Assembly (NCBI RefSeq): GCF_018350175.1
Contig: NC_058368.1
Coordinates: 158,970,001 to 159,034,000 of the forward strand
Length of the DNA: 64,000 bases
Direction: 5' to 3'
Source: Felis catus
Lineage: Eukaryota
Below the pieces are notes generated by a model, which was not told where the DNA came from, searched no databases, and saw only the letters and a list, made by a program, of their open reading frames with translations. Positions 26,003-38,511 of the stretch are shown here, piece after piece. Within the stretch, counting starts at the first letter, position 1. Every line of letters starts with the position of its first letter. The position numbers and the translations under genes are program-made.

Positions 26003-26460
26003 TCACTCTTGATTCTCCAGTATCCTTAGGGTGGAGAGGAGAGCACCTGTGAGTTCTCTCTGATACACAGAGGTACTTAGATGTGGCTGAGAGAAAGTGA
26101 ACTAATTCATATGGGTCTCATGAGTAGAGCATACAGAGTAACTGAAACAATGATCTGACACCAGTGTGCCAGTTGAGAGGTATGACCACTGTGAGGACAG
26201 ATAGGATGGTGTTCATGCAATGGTTGTCAACCTGGAAAAGTGATGACGAGGAATCCAATGCCCTCCATCAATACCATGTAAGCTTTCCAGGAATTTGGTG
26301 CCTCTTTAAAAGGAATAGGATGGAAAAACTTGAATTGACTTGAATAGATATTTGAAATGGCTAACTTTAGCTGGGATTAAGTTTTCTGACATTGGGCAGA
26401 ATGGAGGCTCAAAATAGAGATTAAACTGTATTACTTTATAATCTTTGGTGTTCATACAGT
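26003..26460 (+). mobile_element. Ancient LTR remnant (MamGypLTR-like)
   Basis: ATTAAGTTTTCTGACATTGGGCAGAATGGAGGCTCAAAA motif, similar to 15450-15490. Confidence 0.35.
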
Positions 26461-26608
26461 TATGGTCTAACCATATTGTACATCTTTAATTTTGAGAAAT
26501 CGTTGAAGTTTTAAGTATAGCATCATGGAGGTCCTAGGAAAAGTTAGTTTATCAGGAAAGCTTCTTTAGCTCTCAATTTATCTTCACATGTAAGTAAATA
26601 ATATTTTG

Positions 26609-26746
26609 GGGGCGCCTGGGTGGGTTAGTCAGTTAAGCATCTGACCTCAGCTAAGGTCATGATCTCATGGTTTGTGAGTTTGAGCCTGGCATCTGGCTCT
26701 GGACTGACAGGTCAGATTCTGGAGCCGGCTTGGAATTCTGCCTGTC

Positions 26747-26790
<44 letters not shown>

Positions 26791-26851
26791 CCTCCCCCAC
26801 TCATGCTCTGTCTCTCTCTCCCTCTCAAAAATAAACATTAAAAACAAAACC
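26609..26851 (+). mobile_element. Can-SINE with expanded (CT)n
   Basis: Consensus; TSD AATATTTTG. Confidence 0.95.
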
Positions 26852-28991
26852 AATATTTTGTATACTTTTTGTTCCATTTCTTAAGCCCCTGTCTAGATAT
26901 CCCATTGACTGGTGCTTATTAAAAATTTAGTACTTTAAAACTTGGCTCAATATATAAGGTATTAGTCACTTATATAACTCGAAAATCTTGTGAGAATGCG
27001 AGTTTTAGGGTTGATTGGATCCAAATATTTATGACTTGGATCATATCATTGAGGTGGCAGGTCCTTGTCTCTATGGTCTCTAAGTGCTGCCCTCTACATT
27101 TTCAACTTGTTCTGGCTTACCTCATTGTTGGCACAGGATTGTCAGCTATAGCATCCATGACTACCAGTGTTTGCATAGATCTAGGGGAGGAAAGGGGATT
27201 TTCCTCTTCTAAGCCTAAAATAAACATCCTGAGCCTTTCTTTGACAGGAGTGATTTGGTTCCATGCCCACTTGTGAACCATTAAGTATTACCAGTGGAAT
27301 CCTTTGTTCTGATTCGCTTAGGCCTTAGTTATATTATCATACCTAATTCTAAAAATGACTCTAATGGTTCAGATATATCAGAGTCCATCCCTGAAGCTGT
27401 GGTGGGTCAGTCTTTGTCATACCACATAGTGATGAGGGATGGATAAAAAAGATAAATTTTCCTACAGTTGCCTTTATCAGTAAAAACCCTCTCTTTCTCT
27501 CATTATCATATTCTTCTATATAATCTTCTCAAGATTTCTAAGGCATCAATTTTGTTTAGTTGATAAACTAAGTTGTTTCATTGAGGGTAGTACCGAGAAA
27601 ATACATAACTCTTTTGAGCCAATGGGCTGCTTTTATTGTACTAGAAACTTGGAGCAATTTGAGGCATAGTAGATAAAGCCAGAGAACATCTTTAGGGTGC
27701 CACAAATAAAATAGTTCTTGACAAATGACTGAACATAAAGTTTTGCATTTTTAAAGGCTGGAGGGACAGTGGCTGTATAAATCAATGATGGACTGTTCCT
27801 GGTGCTGATTAAGGCACTTTTGGACAAGATGAGTCATTGATAAACTATAATAAAATGACTCATCTTTGTGTATTGAGAGACTCTTAACATACATACTATG
27901 GATCCTAGAGTTGATTTCACTCTACATTTGAAAGTCAAATTGAGGACCTCTTCTCTTGCAAGTCTGTTTGACACAATAGGCTGTAATGGTCTTTTAGACT
28001 TCTTTGGGTCCAACCTACTAAAATTATTCATTATAATGGCTCCTTTGGAGCAGTGACAGGACTTGATATAAATGTTTGTTAAGAACAGTCATTTCTGCTG
28101 ATTACATCTTCAATTATGGCAAATAGAAGCTTAAGGGATGGCAAGGATTTTGGAGACAAAGCACTGTTTTTATCAGATGACAAGACTACAAGTCAGGAAA
28201 GAAACAGAGTTACTGATTCAGGGTACATAATATTCTTAGAGCCTGAGGGATTTAATACATAGGGATTTTTTTTTTTTGGCACAATGTGTTTTGCACAGAT
28301 TAGACTATACATATAAAAGAACATTGAGAATAGAGTGCACAAAGTTATGAATATTTTTATTTTATGTACATGGTATAAAAATATTGCACAAATATTTATT
28401 GGATGGATAAATAATGTGGATATTCTCTTATTTTCTATTTTTCATAAATTTTTAGAGCTAATTAGTGGTTCTGAAATATGTTCTAATTTCTTCATAGAAG
28501 AAATGGAGGCACAGAAGAAATGGAGGCACAGTTTACCAACTTTAGTCCTATGATAATTAAGCCAGTTTGTATTTGTTTTCTGAATAGTAATGAGAAATAA
28601 ACGTTATCAAGAAAATTTAGTTTGCATTTCAGAACTTAAAGTTTTATTAATTTGTTTGGTACCTTGTATCCTTGGAATGAACATAGTTAAGAGTTTCTGA
28701 ACATAAGAAGATCCAATATTACATTTGGGAGTGAGATACACCAACAACGCTATGTATGTTTCCAGAGCTAACCTATCATCTGCCCTCCCTGATGAAAAGC
28801 TTTATGAAACAGGGTTGCCTACAGGTGCAACTCTAAAAAAAAAATTGATATCCTATTGTGACTAATCTTTACCTTCTAAAGGAACAGACATACGCACAAC
28901 TAAAAGTACGAGAAATGTATTAATAGCAACCCAGACTGCTTTTGCTCTTCAAAGGATGTTAGAGCTGTTAATGTTAATCAAGTTAACTTTT

Positions 28992-29218
28992 TTTTTTAAA
29001 TTTTTTTTTCAACGTTTTTTTATTTATCTTTGGGACAGAGAGAGACAGAGCATGAACGGGGGAGAGGCAGAGAGAGAGAGGGAGACACAGAATTGGAAAC
29101 AGGCTCCAGGCTCTGAGCCATCAGCCCAGAGCCTGACGCAGGGCTCGAACTCACGGACCGCAAGATCGTGACCTGGCTGAAGTCGGACGCTTAACCAACT
29201 GCGCCACCCAGGTGCCCC
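28992..29218 (-). mobile_element. Young Can-SINE
   Basis: TSD TCAAGTTAACTTTT. Confidence 0.97.
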
Positions 29219-29369
29219 TCAAGTTAACTTTTTAATCATACATAAGGTAGCTCAGACAAGTTAGAGAATTCATTCTTGGACTCATAGTTGCTAAATAGGA
29301 AAAATTGATCTCTTTGGCAAATTTTATACTACTATACTACATACTATTATATTTATATGCATTTGCATT

Positions 29370-29900
29370 TATTCTAAGTGCAATTGGAAGCCTCTGGAGG
29401 AATTTCATTATTATTACTATTTTAAATGTTATTTATTTTGAGGCAGAGGAGGGGCAGAGAGAGAGAAGGGAGAGCATCCCAAGCAAGCTCTGCGCTGTCA
29501 GTGCAGAGCCTAAATGTGGGGCTAAGCCCCATAAACCATGAGATGATGACCTGAGCCGAAATCAGTAGTTGAATGATTAACATACTGAGCCACCCAGGCA
29601 CCCATCTGGAGAAATTTTAAATAACAAAGTGACATGATTTGGTTTATATTTTTGAAAGAGACCATTATTACTACTGTGTGAGCAGAGGATGGATTGGTCA
29701 GGAGCAGGAGTGGAAGTAGCAGGCAAATTAAGATGCTCCTATTAAAAGTTGAGAGTTGTGGGATGACTCTGGAATAGAGAAATTGTCAAATTGATAATAT
29801 CTAAAAGTAGAATAATAAAGTGGCATTTAGGAGAGTGACAGGGGCAGTTAACAATGATTCCTAGATTTCTGACTTTGTTAATGGAAGGGATGGTGGGATT
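29370..29900 (-). mobile_element. L2 relic (contains a SINE)
   Basis: TTTATTCTAAGTGCAATTGGAAGCC...GTGACATGATTTGGTTTATATTTTTGAAAGA pattern. Confidence 0.55.
29406..29603 (-). mobile_element. Can-SINE
   Basis: TSD TCTGGAG(G/A)AATTT. Confidence 0.92.
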
Positions 29901-30072
29901 GCAGGGCTATTGACAGGTATGAGGATCTCTAGATAAAGTAGTAAGTTTTTTGGGTATTTTTGATGAGCAGTTAAGGTCCACACCTATTAACATACTATCA
30001 GATGATGGTTTAGGTGCCCTTCGTTAATACTTCCATGGTAAGCATAATTTTTCTTCTGTTGTGAAATAAATT

Positions 30073-30530
30073 TGTAATTGCCTGTCCTGTTATTTTTTTT
30101 CCCCTTTACAACAGAATCCTAATTTTGTTGATGGCAGCAGTGTGTTCAGATAAAACTTGGTTTCCTTGCCTCCCATGAGTAGAGGTGACCATAGAAGAGG
30201 TGACAAATCTGGTCAATGAGATAAGAGCACTCTTGGATGGGGCTTCTAGGAAAACTTAAAAAGGACACAGATTCAGATGACTTTTTTTTTTTTTTTGGCC
30301 TACTTACTGCCTGAAATGAAAAGCAATCACTAGAACTATAGCCACCATATTACCATCAACCATGAAAGATCAAAAACAATCACATAGATTTGACCTTGAC
30401 CTTGATCTTGTTGTGGTGTTACTCCACTAGCCCTAAATTGACTTCCTCTATATTCTTTGTTATGTAAAAATACGAAGCTCATTCTGTTAAGCCACTGTTA
30501 AGTCCTGTTTTCACAGTCAAATCACTGATA
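30073..30530 (+). mobile_element. ERVL-type LTR (LTR33-like)
   Basis: ACAGAATCCTAATTTTG...TCTGGTCAATGAGAT...GGGGCTTCTAGGAAA...TTAAGCCACTG motifs. Confidence 0.5.
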
Positions 30531-30534
30531 GCAT

Positions 30535-30685
30535 TCACCACACTCTGTGTTATAAATTGTAGTGGTTTCCTGTCTTCCCCACTAGATGAATTCCTTGAGT
30601 TCAGAGTCCTTGCCTTATCTATTTTTGTATTCGTGGCACTCAGCACAAGATTAACACATGATAGGCATCATAAAAGTTAGTCAAA
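30535..30685 (+). mobile_element. L2 3' end
   Basis: CTTCCCCACTAGA...TCCTTGAG...CAGCACAAG...ACATGATAGGCATCATAAA. Confidence 0.65.
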
Positions 30686-31443
30686 GTAACTTAATAATTA
30701 CATCTTCAACATAGGTAAGATAAATAAGACAAGGGATAGAGATAAGACTGGAATGCTTAGATTTATTTGCCATGTGTAGCCTAGTCTTGTGAGGAGAAAC
30801 TTCTTCATATGTTTTTTCTTTCTTTTTTTTTTTTTAATCCACAGTTAATGTCAAAAGAAATCTCAGTGTACCACAGCATTTTTCCCCATAAATATGATTC
30901 CACAAAATATTTGTAGTCATCGCAAAGGTCTAAAGCTTATGCAAAGTGCTTTCATGTTGGTATCATATTTGACACTAATTGTAAACATTTCCATTTTACT
31001 GATAAGGAAAATAAGATCTAAACACCTACGTTACATAATCACAATCATAATAAATGTTGGCAGAATTGCAACAAAAAATCCAGAAGTTCTTGAAACTGTA
31101 TGAGTATCAGTGTCACTTTCAATACATCAAGTACTTTTTAAATAAAGATTAAATTTAGATATATTTAATAAGAGACACAAAATGTAAAAATTATACAAAA
31201 TACAATTAATATGATATAATAAAAATGTGTAAAATATTGAGATATGAAAATTACAAGTATTTTTTCTTATTATTTGATATATTAATAATTGAATAATGCT
31301 CAGTTAAACAGTTTTCAATTATAATCAGACACTGAAAAATTGGAGGCTTAAGTATAATTTTATGGGTTCTTTACAGGTAACTCTTGTCTAGTTTGAATTC
31401 TTATAAAATTGGCATGTGTTATGTCTTAAAAATACTGTGAATT

Positions 31444-31657
31444 GTGGCGCCTGGGTGGCTCAGTCACTTGAGTGTCTGACTTCGGCTCAGGTCATGATCT
31501 CACAGTTGAGGAGTTTGAGCCCCAGCTCAGGCTCTGTGCTGAGAGATCAGAGCCTGGAGCCTGCTTCAAATTCGGTGTCCCCCTCTCTCTCTGCCCCTTC
31601 CCTGCTGATGCTCTGTCTCTCTCTATCTCAAAAATAAACATTAAAAAAAATTAAAAA
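31444..31657 (+). mobile_element. Can-SINE
   Basis: TSD AATACTGTGAATT. Confidence 0.95.
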
Positions 31658-31709
31658 TAATACTGTGAATTAAATATATTTTATTTGTAGTAAAGACTAC
31701 ATAAATCTC

Positions 31710-32760
31710 TGATAACAGTTAACTATTGCAACTGGACACAATGCCAGACTAATGAATACCCTCTTGGCCAAATATAAGACCCCTTAAGCATCAAAATAAA
31801 TAATAATACTATTGGATTATAGCTCATTATATTAAAATACAATTTGAGTTTATACTAATAAAGGTGAATGAATTAATAAAATAACAAGAAAAGGAATGAC
31901 CTTTACAGTGGAATGCCAATTAATATAAAAAAAAAAAAGCAAGTAGAAAATCACATTTTAATCCTTCATAGTTTTGAGGATAGACTGAGGCAGAAATCCT
32001 TGATGGGCACTAAAATGATTTGGTGAAAGTTTGTGGGGGGAGCAGACAGTTTAAATAATGCCAAAGCCTACTCCCATATTATTACTTGTTAATTATAAAG
32101 GGGAATAAGATACCTTTACAATGGAGCAATACTGTAGGCAAATAGTGATCAAAGTTAACATTACCACTAAATGGATGCAGTGGGTACTGGAGTGTGCCAC
32201 TCAAATCCCCCTTCAGGACTGAAGGGTGCATTCCCACAGCCAGAGTATTTCTGTCAGATAGCTGTCAGCTCTCTTTGGAGTTGCTTGGGTGAGGAGGTCA
32301 TTTCACCCACAGGCACATGCTCTTCCCAGTGTGGCCCTCATCCAATGAATGGTTGAGGCAGGTACCTACAGGCCTGGTCCCCTTGCTCTATCAGTTTGAC
32401 ATCTCCCCATAGGGTTGGCTGAGACTTTTGTTCAGATTGCAACACAGCCTAACCTCTCTGTGCTGAATCCATCTTTCTTTCCTTCGTTTCCCCAGTGGTG
32501 ATCCCAAGAGGACTTCTTGATAAAATTTCTTCATATAGCCTCCCTATCAGAGCCTGCTTCTTAGGGAATCAAACCTGTTACATCAAACAAATTGAACTCA
32601 TGTACCTCTAGATCTGCTGTACTTACAAGGACACATATTCAGTCATGTAATATTCTTGGGAAGAATGCAAAAATTGAATCTAACTATGAGGGAGTGTTTA
32701 AAAAATTTCAAAGTGATGTATTCTACAGAACAACTTGTCTGTACTCTTCAAATATTATTT
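31710..32760 (+). mobile_element. Ancient L1M 3' UTR fragment interrupted by an LTR
   Basis: AATTATAAAGGGGAATA...CTTTACAATGGAG...GTGATCAAAGTTAACATTACCA...ATTCTACAGAACAACTTG pattern. Confidence 0.5.
32176..32582 (+). mobile_element. ERVL LTR16-like
   Basis: TG...CA ends; ATCCCCCTTCAGGACTGAAGG, CATCCAATGAATGG and TCAGAGCCTGCTTC motifs. Confidence 0.65.
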
Positions 32761-33086
32761 CATTTATATTTTCACTTTTCCTATACTGATTATTAAATTA
32801 CTATGCCAACAAAATGGAGAAAATGCCAGTCCTGTTAGTAGTGTGAATAGTAGATAAAGTGAAGATAGGTAAATTACATGTTGATGGCAAATTGCATATG
32901 TATGTTGTGTACTACAGGATTCTCTGTCCTAAAGAATAGGTTCTTTTAGAAAATAAATATACAGGTAGTTTACATAAATGGTAAATTTTAAAGTATTGGG
33001 CACCTAAGTAAACAGAAATTTTCTCTCCCAGAAACTTTAGATTTAAAAGAAAAATTACATATTTTTCCATAATTTAAGAATAAAGT

Positions 33087-33567
33087 GGGGCACTTGGGTA
33101 AGTTACTCTCTAAGCATTTGACTGCAGCTCAGGTCATGATCCCACAATTAGTGAGTTGGAGTTCCACATCAGGTAAGCTTGAGCCCTGTTTCTGGTGAGC
33201 CCTGTTTATCTCTCTCTCTCTCCCTCCACTCTCTCTGCCCCTCCTAGGATTCTCTTTCTTTCTCTGTCCCTTGCTCACTTGTGATCTCTCTCTTTCTCTC
33301 TCAAAAATAAATAAGTCAGGGGCGCCTGGGTGGCGCAGTCGGTTAAGCGTCCGACTTCAGCCAGGTCACGATCTCGCGGTCCGTGAGTTGGAGCCCCGCG
33401 TCAGGCTCTGGGCTGATGGCTCAGAGCCTGGAGCCTGTTTCCGAGTCTGTGTCTCCCTCTCTCTCTGCCCCTCCCCCGTTCATGCTCTGTCTCTCTCTGT
33501 CGCAAAAATAAATAAATGTTGAAAAAAATTAAAAAAAAAATCAATCAATTAATTAAATCAATCAATA
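33087..33567 (+). mobile_element. Older variant Can-SINE with a younger SINE nested in its tail
   Basis: Head at 33087; outer TSD AATAAAGT at 33079-33086 and 33568-33575. Confidence 0.85.
33319..33540 (+). mobile_element. Young Can-SINE
   Basis: CpG-rich, near-consensus copy. Confidence 0.97.
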
Positions 33568-33982
33568 AATAAAGTAGGGAATTACATTTTTTTTTTTTTT
33601 TTACTGAATGGGGAGAAGTAACAGGTACAAAATAAATGTTGGAATAGAAAAGTATGCTAATAAAGTAGAAAGGCATAATGGTAATAAAGACCTGAAAAAA
33701 TGAAGAATAAATCGTAAAATTAGAAAGTAGTGTTGTTCTTTCTGTAATAAAATGATAGCTCAAAGCATGGTGAATTTTCAGATACTGCCTTGATTATGGA
33801 TTAAGACAATGCTTGATGTTGGCCCCAGAAAGTCTCATTATGTTCATGTTTCTATCTGATAAGGGGGAAATTTCTCTGAACTCAGATTCTATTCAGGGTT
33901 TAAAAACAAACCCTTTTCTTTGTTGTAAGCGGAAAAGAATGTACTGTATGGAAAGTGACAAGAGACCAGGTGTTCAAACTAG

Positions 33983-33984
<2 letters not shown>

Positions 33985-34028
<44 letters not shown>
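33985..34028. repeat. (GT)n microsatellite
   Basis: Perfect run. Confidence 0.95.
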
Positions 34029-34030
<2 letters not shown>

Positions 34031-34217
34031 CTGAGATGGGGAGAGAGGGTATTCTTGTTAATAAGTAGAATAGTCAGCTGACCAATATTCCAGAATCTGG
34101 AGGGGGAAAAAAAAACGTTAACAATTTTGTGACACAGAGTAGTTGCTTAAAGCATAATATGATTAAAGAAATAAAAGTAGCAGTTTGAGAATAAGAGTCC
34201 TTAAACATGAAAGTGAC

Positions 34218-34489
34218 GGGGCGCCTGGGTGGCACAGTCGGTTAAGCTTCCGACTTCAGCCAGGTCACGATCTCGCGGTCTGTGAGTTCGAGCCCCGCAT
34301 CAGGCTCTGGGCTGATGGCTTGGAGCCTGGAGCCTGTTTCCGATTCTGTGTCTCCCTCTCTCTCTACCCCTCCCCCGTTCATGCTCTGTCTTTCTCTGTC
34401 CCAAAAATAAATAAATGTTGAAAAAAATAAAACAGCCACCTCTGGCCCTCTGGGTCCCATCACCTAAAAAAAAAAAAAAAAAAAAAAAA
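34218..34489 (+). mobile_element. Young Can-SINE with 3' extension and second poly-A
   Basis: TSD AAAGTGAC at 34210-34217 and 34490-34497. Confidence 0.95.
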
Positions 34490-36396
34490 AAAGTGACATA
34501 GCAACAGACTCATGTATCAGGAGAACAAGGTGAAACATTAGGGAAGAATCAGCGCTTTGGAGATAATGGAGGAGAATTACAATAAAGAATAGAAAATAAA
34601 TTTCTCCTAGCTCCTTAGCGTCCCACTTTCCCATGACATTGTCTACCGTTTGGTGGTCCCACTTAGACTACAAAATGTAATACAGATATTTCTTTTCCAA
34701 AATTACAAATGAATAATGATTATTTGAACAAATCAGAACTGTTTAGAAATGATTTTTGAGAAAGTGAATCCCATAAAACATGGAGATAAGTAAAGGTCAG
34801 AGGCTAAGAGACAAAGCAGAAGCCATGAGGCACTAAAAAGAGATATATGAGGAAACTGGGCCATGAAAACAGAGGTGTATCAGTGTTTCCACTGGTTCTC
34901 TAGAGTTTCAAAAGCATTCACAGTGCTGCTCCATGAGGTCTGATGGTACCACTGTTCCGGCTATTTGCTGAGACTTATTACCTTCTCAGTTGCATGTAAT
35001 TAAAATCCATCACTTGAGGAAATGAGAGCATGATTTTGTACAGGTAACTGAAAAAAACAAAACAAAACAAAACCCAACAAACCTATAGATTTCACTCATC
35101 TTTGAAATTCCCTCAGTTTTTGGCAGACAGCATGAAGATGATGTGAGTCATTAATCATTATTCTTTTACAAAAGTAGCGCTAAACATTTTGACTATTCAC
35201 TAAATCTTACTGTTTCTTCCAAGCTAAACACACGTACAAACAAGAGTCTGTGTGTAGGAAGGGAAGAGGATGGTGGTGCTAGATTTACCTTTGTGTTGCA
35301 TATGGAAGTTCCTTACTGACTTTTATGATCAACTTCCTAGAAGTAGGCTGTGGCTTAATGATGTATAAAATGCCCAGTATGTCCTTTTCAGATTACGACA
35401 ACTTCGAGACCTCCCCTTTTTCAACTCTTTGTCAACTAACCTACAAATTTAACAGGATTATTGACTTTATTGAGGGCCCAAATTGATGCAGGACAAATGT
35501 GTGAAATGATTTATGTAATTCTTAACATAGCCTACCTGGAAACTAGTTATTTATTTTCTAATCTATAAAACAAAAATGATAAATAAACCATAACATTAAA
35601 CCAAAGAAAAAGTAACTCCCAAACAAAAATCTGTTAAAATTGACTCCACAAATGTATTAATCTTGGAAACACTTCTGCTCTGTGGGCATCTTATGGAGAT
35701 GTTTCTTTTGATTTTTCACAGCCTTCTTATTGTTTGTATTAGTATTTTATTTGAGATTGGCCCATGATAGCTCTTCTGAGGTTAAACAATGAAGGAACAG
35801 TAGTAACAGTGGAGCATTTATAGGGCAGTGGGGGCCATTTTCAATCAGTGTTACAATTTGAAAGCTTTTCATTTTGCTGATTTAAAAACAAAGAGGATAA
35901 AGCCAGGTGGAACACCAACGTTTTCTCTCTGTCTCTCTCTTCATTCAATACTTTGGAGGGAAGGACAAAATAGTGCTTAGAATCACTGGGTTAAGGCCAA
36001 CCTTGCTTAAGTTGAGAAATTCTTTATGTTTAATATTGCCAGTAAATTGAATTATATTGATTTTCTATAAAGCTGACTACCACAAATAGTTTTTTTTTTT
36101 TTTTTTTTTTTTTTAGCCAAGGGCCCATCTACTATTGTATACTTAAGGATTTTAGAACACCCAAGATCTTAAAGGCTTTAAACCAAGTGAGGTAATTTGG
36201 GTACAGGTAGTAAAGGTCAATTAATCTTCATTTAGTTGACAGACTTGTTTCAAGTCAGTTATGGGAAGTAGCTGTTGGGCATTTGGGTGAATTCATTGAC
36301 ACTGTTTAGTGTTTTCCATACTTGGTATACAGCATGATTCCTCTACATTAGCAATGTTTTATTCTGTATTTTATTCCTGAATTAGAAAATATGGTT

Positions 36397-36611
36397 AAAA
36401 AAAATTTTTTTTCAACGTTTATTTATTTTTGGGACAGAGAGAGAGCATGAACGGGAGAGGGGCAGAGAGAGAGGGAGACACAGAATCGGAAACAGGCTCC
36501 AGGCTCTGAGCCATCAGCCCAGAGCCCGACGCAGGGCTCGAACTCACGGACCGCGAGATCCTAACCTGGCTGAAGTCGGATGCTTAACCGACTGCGCCAC
36601 CCAGGCGCCCC
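36397..36611 (-). mobile_element. Young Can-SINE
   Basis: TSD GAAAATATGGTT at 36385-36396 and 36612-36623. Confidence 0.97.
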
Positions 36612-38177
36612 GAAAATATGGTTTTAAAGATGAAGTAATCCTTTGATTAGTTTAAAGATAAAAACATACCACATTGGAGAAAATGGGACTAAGACTCTTT
36701 ACAGAGATTTATTTGATACCATTAAAAAGAGTGTCTTTAGAATACCCAGGAGTATTCCTCCAAATGGGAGGATACTGCCTTCTTACAGTCCTGTTAATAA
36801 TGCTCACATAGGTAAAAGTAATGTAAAAGAAGCAGTCAGATAAAAACAAACCTTATAACATGCTTTTTCTTTAAAAACAAATGACTTTATTTATAGATAG
36901 TGCCAAACAGGACTTTTCCTCTGTTCCAACAAGAGCAAAACTCACAGAGCTAATAGAATATTCCTAAGAATTGTAAAATAAGGACCCTAGGGCCTCCATA
37001 CTGAAGAGGAGATATTATATAAATCTAAAAGGAACTCAACTTATTTTTAAAGGTAAATAGATTGATTAGGGCATGACCTCAGTCCTCAGGAGCTGAGACT
37101 CCATGACCAGCCATGGAAGAGAGGGAAAACTTAAAATCTTTAGGTTATTTACTGGTCGTTATTTCATGACTCTTAGAGATTGTTACAAATGTCAAAGGCT
37201 TTTAAAATAAGGGTGGCTGATATTTTGGAAATATCAGGAGAAGATAGACATATTTATAAATTTGAAAATGCAAACAGCCTTTTTAGTCTGAAAGATGAGA
37301 AAGGAATTGCTTTTTAAACTTTGATTCTTACTCTCTTCAAGAAAAGAATGCCAAAGAGAAAACCAGCATGTGTTTTAAGCGACTAAGGTGTTAATATTCA
37401 GGAATATTTGAGAAGTAATTACATGGAAACAGTTAACTGGTCTTCAATTCTTCATGTTCACATGACACTTTTGACTAAACAATGTGCATTTACACATATT
37501 ATTTCATTCTTGAAACTTCATCATTTAGTGATTTAGTTGAATTTACATTTGGGGACACTGAGGCTTGGAGAGCTAAAGTGACTTGCCCAGTTAAGCCATT
37601 GTTGGGACTCCTCTTCTGTATTAGTTTCCATATAATGGAGATAACAGGCATGATTCACATACAGGACTTTCCCCACAGGAACTTTCTTCCCAGCTTGGTG
37701 TTCTTTTGTGCTATAATGGCTTGGATACAAATGCATATGCATACATAAATTGAGGTAAGAACAAAATTCTGTTAAGAGGAAGAGAGGTACTGTCTGAGAA
37801 AAATCGGGAATATTCCAGAAGTACAAATTTCCTTCCCATTGGAGCAGAAGGAGGCTGCAATTCAGAGCAGAGGAATTAACATACACAAAAGACCCTGTTA
37901 AATGAAAGAAGAGTAGAAGTTTGCTGGGCTGGAACAAAGGGCCCAAGGGGATGAGAAAAGAGGCTGAGAAGACCTGAGGTTATGAAGGCGTAAATCTGGA
38001 AAGGTGTGCGGGACAAATACTGAAGGTCCTTATATGCCAAACTCAGGTTTTATAACCTAAATCACAAAGTCTTTGGGAGCATAGTTAAAGATAAATACAA
38101 ACTTAATTCTTGGAGAGTCCAAATAGAATCCACACTTTAACTTGATGTGTACATTCTGTAAAAATTAATTGTATTTA

Positions 38178-38384
38178 GGGTGCCTGGGTGGCTCAGTCAC
38201 TTAAGTGTCAGACTTCAGCTCAAGTCATGATCTGGCTTGTGGGTTTGAGCCCCACATCAGGCTCTGTGCTGACAGCTCAGAGTCTGGAGCCTGCTTCGGA
38301 TTCTGTGTCTCCCTCCCTCTCTCTGCCCCTCCCCTGCTCACACTCTGTCTCTCTCACAAATAATCATTAGAAAAAAATTTTTTT
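38178..38384 (+). mobile_element. Can-SINE
   Basis: Consensus head, body and tail. Confidence 0.94.
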
Positions 38385-38400
38385 TAAGTAAATTTATTTA

Positions 38401-38511
38401 TTTTTTATATCAATTTTATTGTCAAATTGGTTTCCATACAACACCCAGTGCTCATCCCAAAAGGTGCCCTCCTAATACCCATCACACACCCTCACCTCCC
38501 TCTCACCCCCA
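38401..38511 (-). mobile_element. Very short L1 3' stub
   Basis: Matches the L1 3' end; TSD TAAGTAA(A/T)TTTATTTA at 38385-38400 and 38512-38527. Confidence 0.93.

Noticed and set aside
28496..28529. 17-bp tandem duplication AGAAGAAATGGAGGCAC x2
   Set aside because: Ordinary slippage duplication in a MIR-like relic.
35380..35490. Acceptor-like TTTTCAG followed by CpG-containing short reading frames
   Set aside because: All frames stop quickly, there is no clear donor and no recognisable peptide.
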